Origin: Phallusia mammillata
Lineage: Eukaryota
Direction: 5' to 3'
NCBI GenBank assembly: GCA_965637545.1
Contig: OZ281494.1
Location: 5,146,001-5,210,000, forward strand
DNA length: 64,000 bases
This document shows, in pieces, positions 50,528 through 62,621 of the stretch. Every line of letters begins with the position of its first letter. Within the stretch, counting starts at the first letter, position 1. Under the pieces are notes generated by a model that was given only the letters and a program-made list of their open reading frames with translations, was not told the origin of the DNA and did not search any database. Both the position numbers and the translations under genes were made by a program.

Positions 50528-53153
50528 CATAGATAACTTAATTCACTAGATGCGCAACTCGGCGAAATCGCTCAGACAGGTCACGCTCGAATGAACCAGT
50601 ACACATTGGCTTATTTACAATGGCGGGCAATGGGTGAAGAGTGAAGATATTGGCAAAAAATCGCAATTTGTTGCATTAAACGTCAAATAACTTTGGAATT
50701 GAAGTGATAATAAACTTGCAGGTTACGTAAGTGTCATGTATCTCGTGTATTTTATTCGTTTTTAGAAGTTTATTGTGTGTTTTTGAAAGGATCACTAACC
50801 GTTTTTGTTTGATTGATTTTGTATGTTAAATATACCATGGACAAGACTAAATTCTCGTATTTGTGATTTAGTTGTATTTCTGTGTAATAGCTAGGTTAGC
50901 CACATCGTGCCAGCCAATGGCAAAAAATCTTTGTTTAAAATTTGCAATCCTGAATTTCAAAGCAACTCTGATATGAAGAAACATTACAGCAATTTACAAA
51001 AATGTGTGCTCTCATTGCTTGACCCAACTTAGCGAGACATAATACATGCTTCATAAAGAAACGTAATATTAATTTCCTTTTAACCCACTTCTGTTGTCAA
51101 AATCAAACAGTAATTCTTTTAGAGCATTCATATGTGAAGATCACTTTGAAAAAAACGATCTGCTGATTATTGGTTGCAGAAAAAAGTTAAAAATTGGTGC
51201 TTTGCCATCCAAAAAAATTCCTAAACAGCAGTACAGGACAAAATTGGTAACATTGCCCATGAACATATAAATGTTTATTACAGCTAAAATCATTTGTTGT
51301 GGCCAAGACAAGCAGAAAAGCACCATTTGACAGAAAGGTTCTTTCATAAGTTAAACACCACAGCGTTAAAAGTGTTGAGAAAGCTTTTAAACAATTAGGT
51401 CCTCAGCTGAAAGTTAGTACACACTTCTTAAGTTAACAATTCAATTTAAACAACAAGTTGTACAACATTTAGAAAAGTCATTTTATAGGAAAGGCAAATA
51501 CCTTTTGGTAGAACAATATAAAAATAAAATTGTTAAAGCATACATAAGGTACAGTTATGTTTATTATGAATTAATCTGGGTTTCTGTATGTTATGCTTTT
51601 TGTGGCAGACTTTGCATCTCAAGCAATGTTGAGGTTGAATGGGCTCCATTTTATGGATGGTGAGTTAAACCACTATCCTTGGGTATTACTCCATTGAGGA
51701 AATCAACTTTAAATGCATTTTTAAGTATAACACCTGCTTTTAAAACAAGATAGTTTTTACCATTAGGCTTTTATTGTTTTTTGTGCATCATGACAGGGGA
51801 GTTGGATAACTTTGAACTTTGTACGGGAGTAAGCAGGAAAAAACAAGAATATTAACAAACATGTCATACAAGCATGGAACGCCCCGACAGGCACAACCAT
51901 AATGCGCTCACCTCACTGCAATGTAGCCAGTAAATATGGCAACACATTTAAAACTAGATCACCTAATATTCAAACACAGTAACAGAAAAAGGGCCGGTAA
52001 TGTGTAAAATGTGTGCAAAGTATGGCAAAAAATGGAACGCAACAGAGTGCAGTAAATGAAATCCAGTGCAACTAGTGAAGAAGAATTGGTAACAGTGGAT
52101 GACCGAATTCATTAGGATATCTTGGTATGCAGATTCAAATGTTTCTCATTTAATTTTGGAACAGTAATGTGTCATTTCCCATCTGCAGGATTTGGTTGAA
52201 AGTCAAAAACACTCACTAATGAGTGGCAAGCCTCATTTTTTAAAAATGCAAGGTAAAAATGCTTCAAAGACCATTAATCGGAGACGGTACCACCCTGATG
52301 TGGTTCATTGGGCAATTGAGTTTTTTGCTAGAGCTTCAGCAGCATATAATCATCTCAGAACCAGTGGTGTTCCTATATTGCCATCATCACGTACTTTACA
52401 GTAGTACAGGTATAAGTTGCAATTTTACACATAATTTTTTGAACTGACATATCATCACACAATCCTTAAAAGCACTGTATGGTAGATTGTTAAAAATATT
52501 GGCTCTGGTGCATGTGGTATCAACCAATTGGCAGTCAATGCTCTGTGGATGCAAAGTTAGTTAACAGCAGCAATTTATGCACTTTTTCATGTTTTTTTAA
52601 TTTATTATTCTCATGTAGTCAAGAAAATTGGTATTCTAGGAAGGCCACTTAGTTGGATTTATTGACTACGGGGCCAGAAATGCAGACACCATAATGGCAA
52701 CCCATGTATGTAGCAATGTGGTACACATACTGCAAATTGTCCAATTCAGCGAATTCAAAGTCCAGACTTGCTACATAAATAAGGTTAATAGCCATTTTTT
52801 TATGATATTATTAAGAAAATTCCAAAAACTAGAACATTTTTATCAAATTAAACGTCGCAGCTCAAAAAACTATCGACAAGACGACAAAATATGTGTATGT
52901 TCTTACCAATGCACACGAAATGTGTACTTGTTCATTCGAGCGTGCAACGTCTGAAGGAAGGCAAAACCAATATATTCGCGTTCGTGGTAATTAAATTAGA
53001 TTTGTTAAAATAAAAATGTTTAAAAAATACATCAACCAAACATAACTACACATTAAAAGTTACATCTTGTTCTATGTGGTAATTCACCCGAGAGATTTTT
53101 TTAATATTTAACCGGCAGACGAGTTGCGCATCTAGTGAATTAAGTTATCTATG
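50528..53153 (+). mobile_element. Defective THAP/P-superfamily DNA transposon (element Y)
   Basis: Perfect 34-bp TIR CATAGATAACTTAATTCACTAGATGCGCAACTCG at 50528-50561 and 53120-53153. 7-bp TSD ATACTAT at 50521-50527 and 54080-54086. Relic THAP end ICEDHF...KLKIGALPS near 51130-51210. P-transposase motif RRYHPDVVHWAIEFFARASAAYNHLRTSGVPILPSSRTLQ near 52280-52400. Confidence 0.9.
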
Positions 53154-53154
53154 A

Positions 53155-54072
53155 CAGGGGTGTCAAACTCACGGCCCGCGGGCCGCATGCGGCCCATGAA
53201 GCCCTCCAATGCGGCCCACGAACACTCTCAACAACAATTGTAGTATTTTGTCAGATTTTTATCTAATTACAATGAATTTTTCTTACTTTTCAAAGTGAAA
53301 GCTACTATTTAAACCAGTGGTTCTCAACTGGATGGTGGTCCACAGGACGTCCACTAAATTAAGTGATTAACTAGTGATGATTGCATATTACATATTGAAT
53401 GAGTATCTAAATGTTAGCTGTTAATAATTGTATCTCACTTCTTGAAAATCGGTTTTAAAAAATTATGTTTTTAGCCCAAATAGTAGTTTCGTATGCATAC
53501 TTCAATCTTGCTCAAAAATGGAATGGTCCATGATATTATTTTTACTGGGCCGGTGGTCCATGGCCTGAAACGAGTTGAGAACCACTGATTTAAACAGACA
53601 TTTACAGAAATTTAATTTTTTTAGAAACGATAGTAATCAAACTGTTCCTCAAACCAGATAGCCACATGCGGCCGCAGAAACGAGTTTGTGGGCCTTTTGT
53701 GTGCAAACAATGCGAAAAACAGGCACCAAAGGCGTCATAATATAGATTATGAGGTTATAAACAGTGAAAACTGATCTTCATACTGTGCAGCTCAATCTCT
53801 GCATCAAGTTGGAAATTAATCTGGGGATTTGGGGACGTCAATAGATGGTATATACATGATATAAACCTATTTCTTTACATCTGTAATTTTAAAACAAAAA
53901 CCAGCAGGTAATTGGCGCCTGTTGATGAAATTGGAATAAGGATCTGCGATGCGGTCGTCACAGCCAAAAGGTTGTTTATGTGTATAAAACTTGATTAAAA
54001 ATCATATGCGGCCCTCGGCATAATTTTTAAACTGCAATGTGGCCCTCGAACCCAACGAGTTTGACACCCCTG
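53155..54072. mobile_element. hAT (Charlie-like) MITE, element Z, at the right terminus of Y
   Basis: TIR CAGGGGTGTCAAACTC / GAGTTTGACACCCCTG and 8-bp TSD ATCTATGA at 53147-53154 and 54073-54080. Confidence 0.93.
53315..53587. mobile_element. hAT MITE, element W, nested in Z
   Basis: TIR CAGTGGTTCTCAACT / AGTTGAGAACCACTG and 8-bp TSD ATTTAAAC. Confidence 0.92.
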
Positions 54073-56572
54073 ATCTATGATACTATGGTGCTACATTGTG
54101 CAATGATGCATAACGAGGGAAAGTCCCACATGTTGAAAGACAAAATACAAATCGCACACGAAAATGAAAATAAATTTACCAGTCAATAAAAGTTCTTTAA
54201 AAAATCAATTCAACGGGATGTGTTTAACATTATTTGATTAACTCCATCCCAAAGTAAGATGGTTTTGCAAAACAGAAATAATTCATGCGTGCAATTCTTC
54301 ACGTGGGAAACTTTCCGCGTTCAACCGGAACGAAGTTGCAACAAGGAAGCAATTTGACTTTTGCATTTAAAGTAGAATCGAAATTGTTCTCATTTTTATG
54401 AACAAAAATCACAATGGCATCAAGTGTAGGAAAAACAGTGGAAGGAACTGATGGAAGTGACCATTTATTTCGTGAAAGAATAGCATCCCAGTATAAAATA
54501 AGGTTGGAAAAAAGCAAAAAATAAAAACGGATTTGTGCTTGCTGTTTGCACTTTTGCCGTGTTGGGGAATTGTAAATTGTCTTTAAATCATATTATAGCA
54601 CAGAGCAAGTTCAGCTTGATTATTTAATTGATTTAAATGTATTTGTACAGATTTAAGTTTGGTCCGATTTTTCCTATTTTTTTTCCTGTTCATTTCAAAT
54701 TTCTTTTGATCTAACAAGTGCCATATGATAAACATAAGTTACTTTTGATGCGCTTTGTTTTCATATATCTGACATGGGATAGTCACTTTGTTATGTTTTT
54801 ATCTCAGCGCTTCCTACAAATCAAAGTTGAGACTTCACCTGCTTTTTTCATTGATTCCATGGGCCGTTGTGTTTTGTCATTTTGTGCAATCAAAATTAGA
54901 TGTGAAACTCACAAATCAGGTAAGTTTCTATTGTAGCTAAACTGCAGTTTATACGTATCTGTTATAACCACACGGACAGTGCAAATACTAAATGGCATGT
55001 TAGTTGTGTGGTACTAAATGTGTGGTACTAAATAATATAATACCCTCAAATTAAAAAAATATCTTTAATTCATTGCCCAGTATCAAATTGGATGTATCAA
55101 TGTGTGCTTTTTTATTTTACTGTACAAATTAGGTAATTACTTACTTCCAATTACTTTTTAGGTTTTACCTAGTTTCGAACAATGGGAGAAAGTGTATCTG
55201 TGCAATATTATCATGTTAATTGTTGGAAATTCATCACTGCAGAGGAACAAAGCCTCAGTGCTGAACATTTTTAAATTTGGAACTGCTTTTGTTGGAGTCT
55301 TACCACTTGTTTTTGGTTTTGTTTCACGATTATCAGAACTTAAAATGTTTGTTCTTAGTGGCCGTTTCAATGCATTTTTGTTTGGACAGCCTCTACCCAT
55401 TGTGTATTATGGGTTCATTGTTATGGCAATGTCAATTAATTCGCATTGCATATATTGCTCTGTCAAACTTCTTGAGGCCTGGAACTCTAAAGGCTTTAAA
55501 AACAAGTGAAATTGTTTTACATTTTTGTGTTTTTTTTATAGCATCATGCCAAAGGTCATAATGGTTTGTGGGAAAATCTTGTTTTTTGTGAAATACTTGT
55601 ACAAACTGCCAAAATACAGATTTCAGTTCAGAAAAAACTGTGAAAACAAAATAAAAGACAGGTGTGCTGTTTTTAATTTCAACCAAATGTGTACTAAAAA
55701 AATTAGTTGTAGTCTCACTCAGGTCTTGTCAAAATAATGTTTTTACAACCAATAAAATTCTCAGAAAGAGCTTTTTTCTTGAGATTGGATCAGACAGTTT
55801 TTCTTTCTGGGACAAACCGCTAGATGTCGCTGTTGTGCTAATGTACCTAAATTTTATTCACGTACGATTTCCATAAAATGCTGAAGGACATTCCGTACTT
55901 GTAACCTATATCTTGTCACCAAGACTATGTGCAACGAAAAGCATGCAACTCTTTGGCATTGAACTGACATGTTGCAAAGGCTCCACTAAATAATAAGTTA
56001 CCAGCAGGTTATTGTAAAATATACATATTTTGTCACGGATATATACTTTATATATTTTCGGGATCCAAGTTTACATTTTGGTTAAAATACCCGCAGTTAA
56101 TGTTTTAGTGCTAAAACTTCATAGTGTTCATTACAGTGTCTTTTTTCTTGATTAATGACGTCATTGCATCAAAAGTAGCTGGCCGTGCAGTGTGTTAGCA
56201 GCATTCGATTGATTGGTAAGTTAACCCATCTATTTGTTGATGTCGCTTCGAAACTCTACAGCTCCGAATGTTTGCTTAGCATTCAATCGTCCTTTCGCGC
56301 CGAAAAGTCACTGGTCAGCTCAAAATACTAAACAGCAACGCAGGCCTTAAATCACATTCGATTAAAACGCTTGTACAACACGACCGTATTGAATAGGGGT
56401 TATAGCACTGCTGTGGTTTCATGTTACCCCGTTCAGCTAGTAGGTGACACATTACACCCGGCAGGACAATTGGTACTTGGTCCAAAACGAAAGGGAATAT
56501 TTCTCGGGCCTGTGCTTTAATTGAGCTGGCATTTTTAAGTCACTTTCGTCGCTTTTTGTTCATTGCTTCAAG

Positions 56573-59567
56573 ATGGCGGCAGTTGCAAAACACAGGAGCG
56601 CACTGAGTTACTCTGACGACTTCGCCAATGCAACACGATACAGGTAAGCCTACGGGTTAGGGTAAATAAAAAACACGCGTTCAAAACAGGTTGATCTGGG
56701 TTTGAAAAGGACGCTTTTCGCGTTCAATAAAACTAGTGGTAAAGCGCATAATTGAGAACGAAATTTGATATTGCCATCTGCTTTGGGTCACACGAAAAGT
56801 GTTTTTGTTTGGATAATAATTATTATCCTTAAATAACAAACCAAACAAGTGCATTATTAGGCCCACATTGCATTTTAGTGTGTGTTTACTTTTGAGTATG
56901 GTAATAGTAGTACTGTTAATCTAACTCACTGTATTATATCCTTTTTTTAAATATGGTACTCGAATGCTGTCGGTCTGTCAAATCAAACCAGAAAATCCTA
57001 TTTTTCATCAGTAAGAAACAAACTAATTGCCAACTACACGACTTTAAACGTTTTATATTGGTATTTTATTGCCTCATGACATTGTACGACAAATTTAGAG
57101 TTTCGTGCCTCCATGAAAATACGAAAAGCTGCAAGACGTAGTTTTTTTTAGGAATTTTTTTCCCAATAATGTTTCGTTTGATTAGCGACGAAACATTTAT
57201 TTCTGTTTTTTTACTTCCATTAAAGATTTATGACCTAATATTTTACTCTTCACTGTTTCGTTTTGTTTGAGACGATTTCTGATACTTTACAGAACACTTC
57301 AGCCCAGCGGGTTGACTCTGAACATAGCGTTGGCAAAAAGTACAGACATGGTCACATTGACTGGAGTAAATCCACAGATCAACATACAGAGTCTCAAATG
57401 CCTGATATACAATGCGAGAGGAATTCATCCTTCAAAGCAAAGAATATACTTGGGTGGTGATGAGATTCCACCAGAGGAAAATCTGCTAAAATACTTTGCA
57501 ACTGTCCATGAAGTCAGCACTAGATGTGCGCTTCAAATTCGGTCTTTCATCCCTCTTCTAATATCAACACAATCATGCCCAGGGCCGCTTTTAACTGAAA
57601 TCGAGGTAGCGCCGCTAAATAATGAGCCAGTTGCCGAAATCAAGCGCAGAATTCGAGATAAATTTAGAATTGAGGTCAACTGTCAGCGTTTGCACTTGCA
57701 CCCTGCTGCCATGACAACCTTCTCTCGCCGCCTTCCGCTAGATGACGCCCGCTTGCTGAGTTTTTATCTCGACCCTGGGGCGGGGGATAATTTTCTAGAG
57801 CTGGTAGTTTTAGAAGAAGAAAATTCGACTAAGATGATGTTTGTTAAAGTTCCATTGCAAGTTCTAACTTCGTGTAACTTTGGAGAGAGCGATTTGACTG
57901 ATTCTAGTTTCCAATTAACAAGTCAAGCTCAAGACGAAGAAATATCACGCGCTTTGCCACCTACACCACCACAAACACCTGCGAGCGAATCTTCAAAACT
58001 AGATGCTCAACTGTATATTGAACAAGTCTCCAATCAGCCCCGCTACGAAAACTGGTGGATCACTTTACAGGTGAACTACGACAGCATTTTGAAACGCGAC
58101 CCCACTGTAAAAGATCTAACTACTTGTCTGCGTTCATTTCTTCAAGATCAATCACTGCTAAAGGGCAACGACTACGAAAATGTAAGTCTTAAATTTGCAG
58201 ACGTTCGATCTCTGTTTGGTGGAAACAAACTTAACGAGGATGCATCCATTTATGGTTCGTACTGCGTTAGATCAGAGGAAATGTTTATTTATGTTGACGG
58301 CATGGTTATGGCTGACAGGATAAAGTCTCCACCGCTTTTATCACTTGAGGGCGCTTCAACCAGTTATGAACCGAAACCAATTAAGCCTTTGAAGCCTTTA
58401 TTGAGCTACAATGAAGAAACCAACAGATATACGATGCCGTTTGATCCACTTTTCTTTGTTTGGGAAATTCCAGCATCACAGCCTATTGACTGCGGTGCTA
58501 AACCTAAAACCGCTTTCGAAATGAATGCTGTGTCCTACGGTCGAGCTTACGGCTCATGGGATATTCCCGAACATCACAAGACTTACGTTGAAATCGATAT
58601 TGAAGGAACTTGTGAGGTTGGCGATCTTGGTCTTCAAGCTGTCCTTGGCTTTGACACAAGTCAATGTCTCGGGCAAGACCATGACCTTGACGCTGTGTAC
58701 GACCTTCACAAACGAGGAGCATTTCGAGATTACGACAGCAAACAGAAAGTCGTCTACTACGTCCATGACAACTTTGAAGTCACCATTCTAGGCCCAGTAA
58801 ACGCGGGAAAGGGTTTCAGTAACCAACGGCCCTCGGAACCGTACATGGGCGAGGCAACTAGAAATTGGTCGTTTGATAGAAGAAGGCACGATGCTACCCT
58901 TCAATTTCGACGCCGCAGTCAGCACGGAGATCCATTACTTCCGAACCCTCCACCGTTTCGCATCAGGCCGCATGAAAATTGTGTACTGAAGACTTCTGAA
59001 GTTGATAACGAACCGATTAATCCTTCGTGGGAGAGCAGCCGAAATTTGAACAAAACTGACGATGATGTGTGGTATTTAGGCAGGGAACGCGTAACTTGCG
59101 TGTCCCTTCCTGGCTTAAGACGCAAATCCTCACCAACTTCTTCCCACAACGTATCTGCTTTTACAACTGTCTGTAAACGGGGCATTTCCATTGAGGGTCA
59201 ACCATACTTGTCGGTGACTTATGGTCGACAACTTGCCATTGCCACAACAACAAACTTTTTAAAGCCGGACAATAACCTGATGGACTCCATTCGCAAAGCT
59301 ATGGATTTTCGCATTCAAGCACAGTTCTTTATCTGCACTTCACCCGACCAATCTAAGCTTTCAGCCAGCTCAACGGCTCCCTTTACGGTCAAGGTGCGTC
59401 ACCAAGTGTCAAGAATCGAACATGAGGTCGACCTTCCTGATCACGTGTCCAGGTTCGAATCGCCAGCCGTTGGCATGGAAACTACGCTGAATGTTGCTTT
59501 GGCAACACCCGAGTGGCGAAAAGCAAAAGGACTCCCGGAACCAATGACCGAAGATTTAAACAGATAA
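56573..59567 (+). CDS. Uncharacterised protein (about 781 aa) with tandem N-terminal ubiquitin-like domains
   Basis: Exon 1 (56573-56643: caagATGGCGG, MAAVAKHRSALSYSDDFANATRY, phase-2 GTAAGC donor) splices in frame to acceptor TTTACAG at 57292 and a 2275-nt exon. UBL-like patterns IQSLKCLIYNARGIHPSKQRIYLGG and VAEIKRRIRDKFRIEVNCQRL...LDDARLLSFY are present. Confidence 0.8.
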
Positions 59568-59987
59568 AATGAAATATCTATGTGTTTTTATTTAAGTCTT
59601 TGTTGTTGTTTTTCCAACAATTTGCCTCTTTAAATGTATTTGTATTGCTATTTTGTTTCCTTTACTCGATTTTACGTATGTTTTTGCAACAAGTTGGAAC
59701 AAAAAACCCACAAATAAACGTCGCTTTGTTTTTTTCATCAACGAAAAACAAAAAGCTTTTTCAACGAGAAATAAATTCAAAAAAGGCAAGTTGTCATGTT
59801 CATAGCCGAATCTTGGCACATTTTGTTGCCAAGCAATAACGTTTTAGTTGAAAATGTAATTTACATTTGTGAAAAATTTGTCTTGAAACTCCCTGTCGAC
59901 TGCTGTGTACGAGTTTTGTACAAGTAACAGATACAACGCAGAAAGAAAAAAATCACGTTTTTCAAAGTCTGTAAAGCAAGTTCAATG

Positions 59988-62621
59988 TCAGAATCCTGGT
60001 GATTTTACCCTCGAAGCTGTTCTGCCATTGCTGCTGCTGCTGGTTTCAAACATTGCCACCCGTGACGTATTTGACGATTTCGCTTCATGTTTGACGTGAA
60101 ACAGCTTCACTGGCGCCTCCACGCGGAGAAAGCCGTCCGGCATCAAGCTGGATGTGACGTCACAGGGGTCAATGCCCTCGGGAAGGTCAAATTCGCGCTT
60201 CAGTTCTCTAAATTATGATTTTTTTGTTAGAAGTTGTTTAATAATGTTGTCTAATATGACTTGATTGGGACCTTTATCAGTTAGTTTAAATTTCTGTTTG
60301 ACAACGATCCTCATATTGTTTTTCGTTTTCGCATAGGTTATATTTAACACAATGACGTATTCCGTGAAGTCACACAACATTTTTGTGACGACACGAACAG
60401 GATTAAGGGTCTGCTGGCCAGTAGGCACATTGTATAAGTAGCCCGAAAATCAGGGTTGCCAATTAAAACATTATAATTACAGTGTTGCCAAATCATTGTC
60501 ACAACGATCGTTGTTGCAACTATAACAAAAGTGGCCTGGATTTTTGACTGGCATGTAGGCACGTGCCTACTTTGCCTAATGGTTAATCCAGCACTGGACA
60601 CGAATCTCTGTGTGACGTAGACTTACCTTGACACAAGATCGCGGTTCGCTTCGTCTTTTGACTTCGCGCAAACAATCACTTTACTTCCTTCTGTTTTCAC
60701 CAACAACTCATTGGCTCTGCAACAAACATTGGTGTGTGAGATTCAACCCATTCATGCCTCAGCTGAGTTTGTGACAAGAGTGAAATATTGCTTTTTGGTC
60801 TGATTATATTAGCAGCACGCAAATTTGAAAATATTTTGCATGATGTCGACTTAGCGCGGATCCCGGAAAACGATAAAGAGTTTGTCCTTTCCAGGTTTGT
60901 ACCAACGCAAAAACGTGTAGGTCAGTGGTTTATAACGGCCAATCTTTTTATACGTCGTAGGGCCTACGACATTCTAAAGCAGGGGTTCTTAACCTGGGGT
61001 GCACGCACCCCCAAGGGGTGCGAGAACTGTTCCTAGGGGGTGCGGAGATGCTGAATCATTAAGGTTGGTCAGGTCTATTCTATTTAGGCAATTACAGAAG
61101 GGGGAGCGAAAATTGGTTAGTGATTTCAAAGGGGGTGCGAAAATTGGTTGGTGATTTGAAAGGGGTGCAGCAATGAAAAAAGGTTAAGAACCACTGTTCT
61201 AAAGCCTTTGGTCGAACCTCAATAAGTTACATCCTAGGTTTTTAACGCATATTGTTTGGTAGGTCATAATTAGCTTTTGACCAAACATAGTGGCAACAGT
61301 TATTGATTGTCATTTTGTTATGTTCTGACATAATAATACAAGCAGCTTGTTTCATGATTTAATTTCGGCAATTTTTAGTTTTTGTAAAAATGAGCCATTG
61401 CAGTTTTAGCAATTGTACACAAACATAAAAAATATAAAGTTATAAGTTTTTGCTGCCAACAAAATTTCGATGTTTGCTGCTTACAAAGAACGCGCACAAT
61501 GCTCTTTGTTATACGTCAAAAAAACGAACTTTAGTGTAACCTTCCAGTGTTTTGATATTAAGCAAATAAAAATTTGCCACTTTTTAGTGACTACGAGTAT
61601 TTGTATTGTACTTCAAAAGACCTCCGCCGAACCCCTGAATCAGTGTTGCCGAACGCCTGGTGTTCGATCGAACCCCGGTTAAGAACCACTGCTGTAGGTC
61701 TTCACAATTCTCGTTTCGCCGACAAAATGGTGCATGGTGGGTAAAAACTCTTTGCTTTACCCGATATGTTTGTTTTAAACTTTATATTAAACTGTCTTTA
61801 GTAAAATAAACGTTTTTAAACAGACAGTATTCCAAAATTGATTTACCTATTTAAAATACTCACTTGAATCCTTTTACATCGATGTCAACCTCAAACTTTT
61901 CTGGAGTGCTTCTACGCTCCTGTCCCAGTACTTTATCAATAGCAAACGAGTCGTCGGTGTGATGACGATTGCGTGACGTCATCGTTCCGTCACTGAAGAT
62001 CCCACTGTCCGCGTCATCAAATCCACGCAATCGTTTCCTGCCACTTCCGAAGGCAAAGTCATCGTCATCATCGAAAATTCCAGAACGTCCGAAGAATCTG
62101 TCACTTAAAGCCCGCGATCGCGACATAAACGAACTCTCGTCGCGGTTTCGGTTAAATAACGATCCTTTCATCCGATCTTCGTCGTCCCATAGAGATCGTG
62201 AGCAGCGCTGGTCGAATTCGCGGACCATCTCTTCCATACGGGTATCAAAATCGTCTCTGAATAGGTCTATAGGCCTGTTCTGTTGCCTCGCAATATTCCC
62301 CTTCATTGAGGAACGGGGAAATGTGTCGTAGCCGAACAAGTCAGACCTTTCCGCTGGTTTCTCGCTGCCCAAAGACCTGTCGCTTAAACGGCGAGTAGTT
62401 GACGAATTCCTAGACTGTGAACGTTCGATTGAAATGTTACTTTGATTGCTGGCAATGTTCGTAGCACTTGGATCATTTTCTAGCAACGACGACAAATAAG
62501 GCCATTCCTCATTTCCCTCAGCAGTTTGTGAGTTTTGACGGCTAGGCTTCTCTATGTAACTTTGCTTTGAAAACGTAGAATTAAGCTTAGTCTCATGCGA
62601 CATTTTAGCTTCCTCAGCCAT
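59988..62621 (-). CDS. Small heat shock protein (HSP20/alpha-crystallin domain) with long low-complexity N-terminus, about 355 aa
   Basis: Exons 62621-61864, 60716-60627 and 60207-59988 join in phase to give KFEVDIDVKGFKANELLVKTEGSKVIVCAK...ELKREFDLPEGIDPCDVTSSLMPDGFLRVEAP, a classic alpha-crystallin domain. Confidence 0.9.
60980..61196. mobile_element. hAT MITE in sHSP intron 1
   Basis: TIR CAGGGGTTCTTAACC / GGTTAAGAACCACTG and a perfect 8-bp TSD TTCTAAAG. Confidence 0.92.
61626..61691. mobile_element. Right end of a further hAT MITE (left end not found)
   Basis: GAACCCC...GGTTAAGAACCACTG terminus of the same type as 61182-61196. Confidence 0.5.

Larger units (their letters stand above)
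41089..54087. mobile_element. Outer P/Galileo-like DNA transposon relic (element X) hosting several nested insertions
   Basis: 28-bp TIR CATAGTATACTAACATGGTAGTCCAGCT at 41089-41116. Its complement lies at 50501-50527 with the terminal bases at 54080-54087. The 7-bp TSD GTGCTAC is at 41082-41088 and 54088-54094. A decayed GGLTYPS transposase-like segment occurs near 49560. Confidence 0.85.

Noticed and set aside
54718-55737. Hydrophobic short ORFs (e.g. 55192-55509) resembling membrane-protein fragments, with a donor-like CAG|GTAAG near 54919
   Set aside because: No start, consistent exon chain or family motif could be built, and T-rich DNA readily yields hydrophobic ORFs. A tBLASTn search would be needed.
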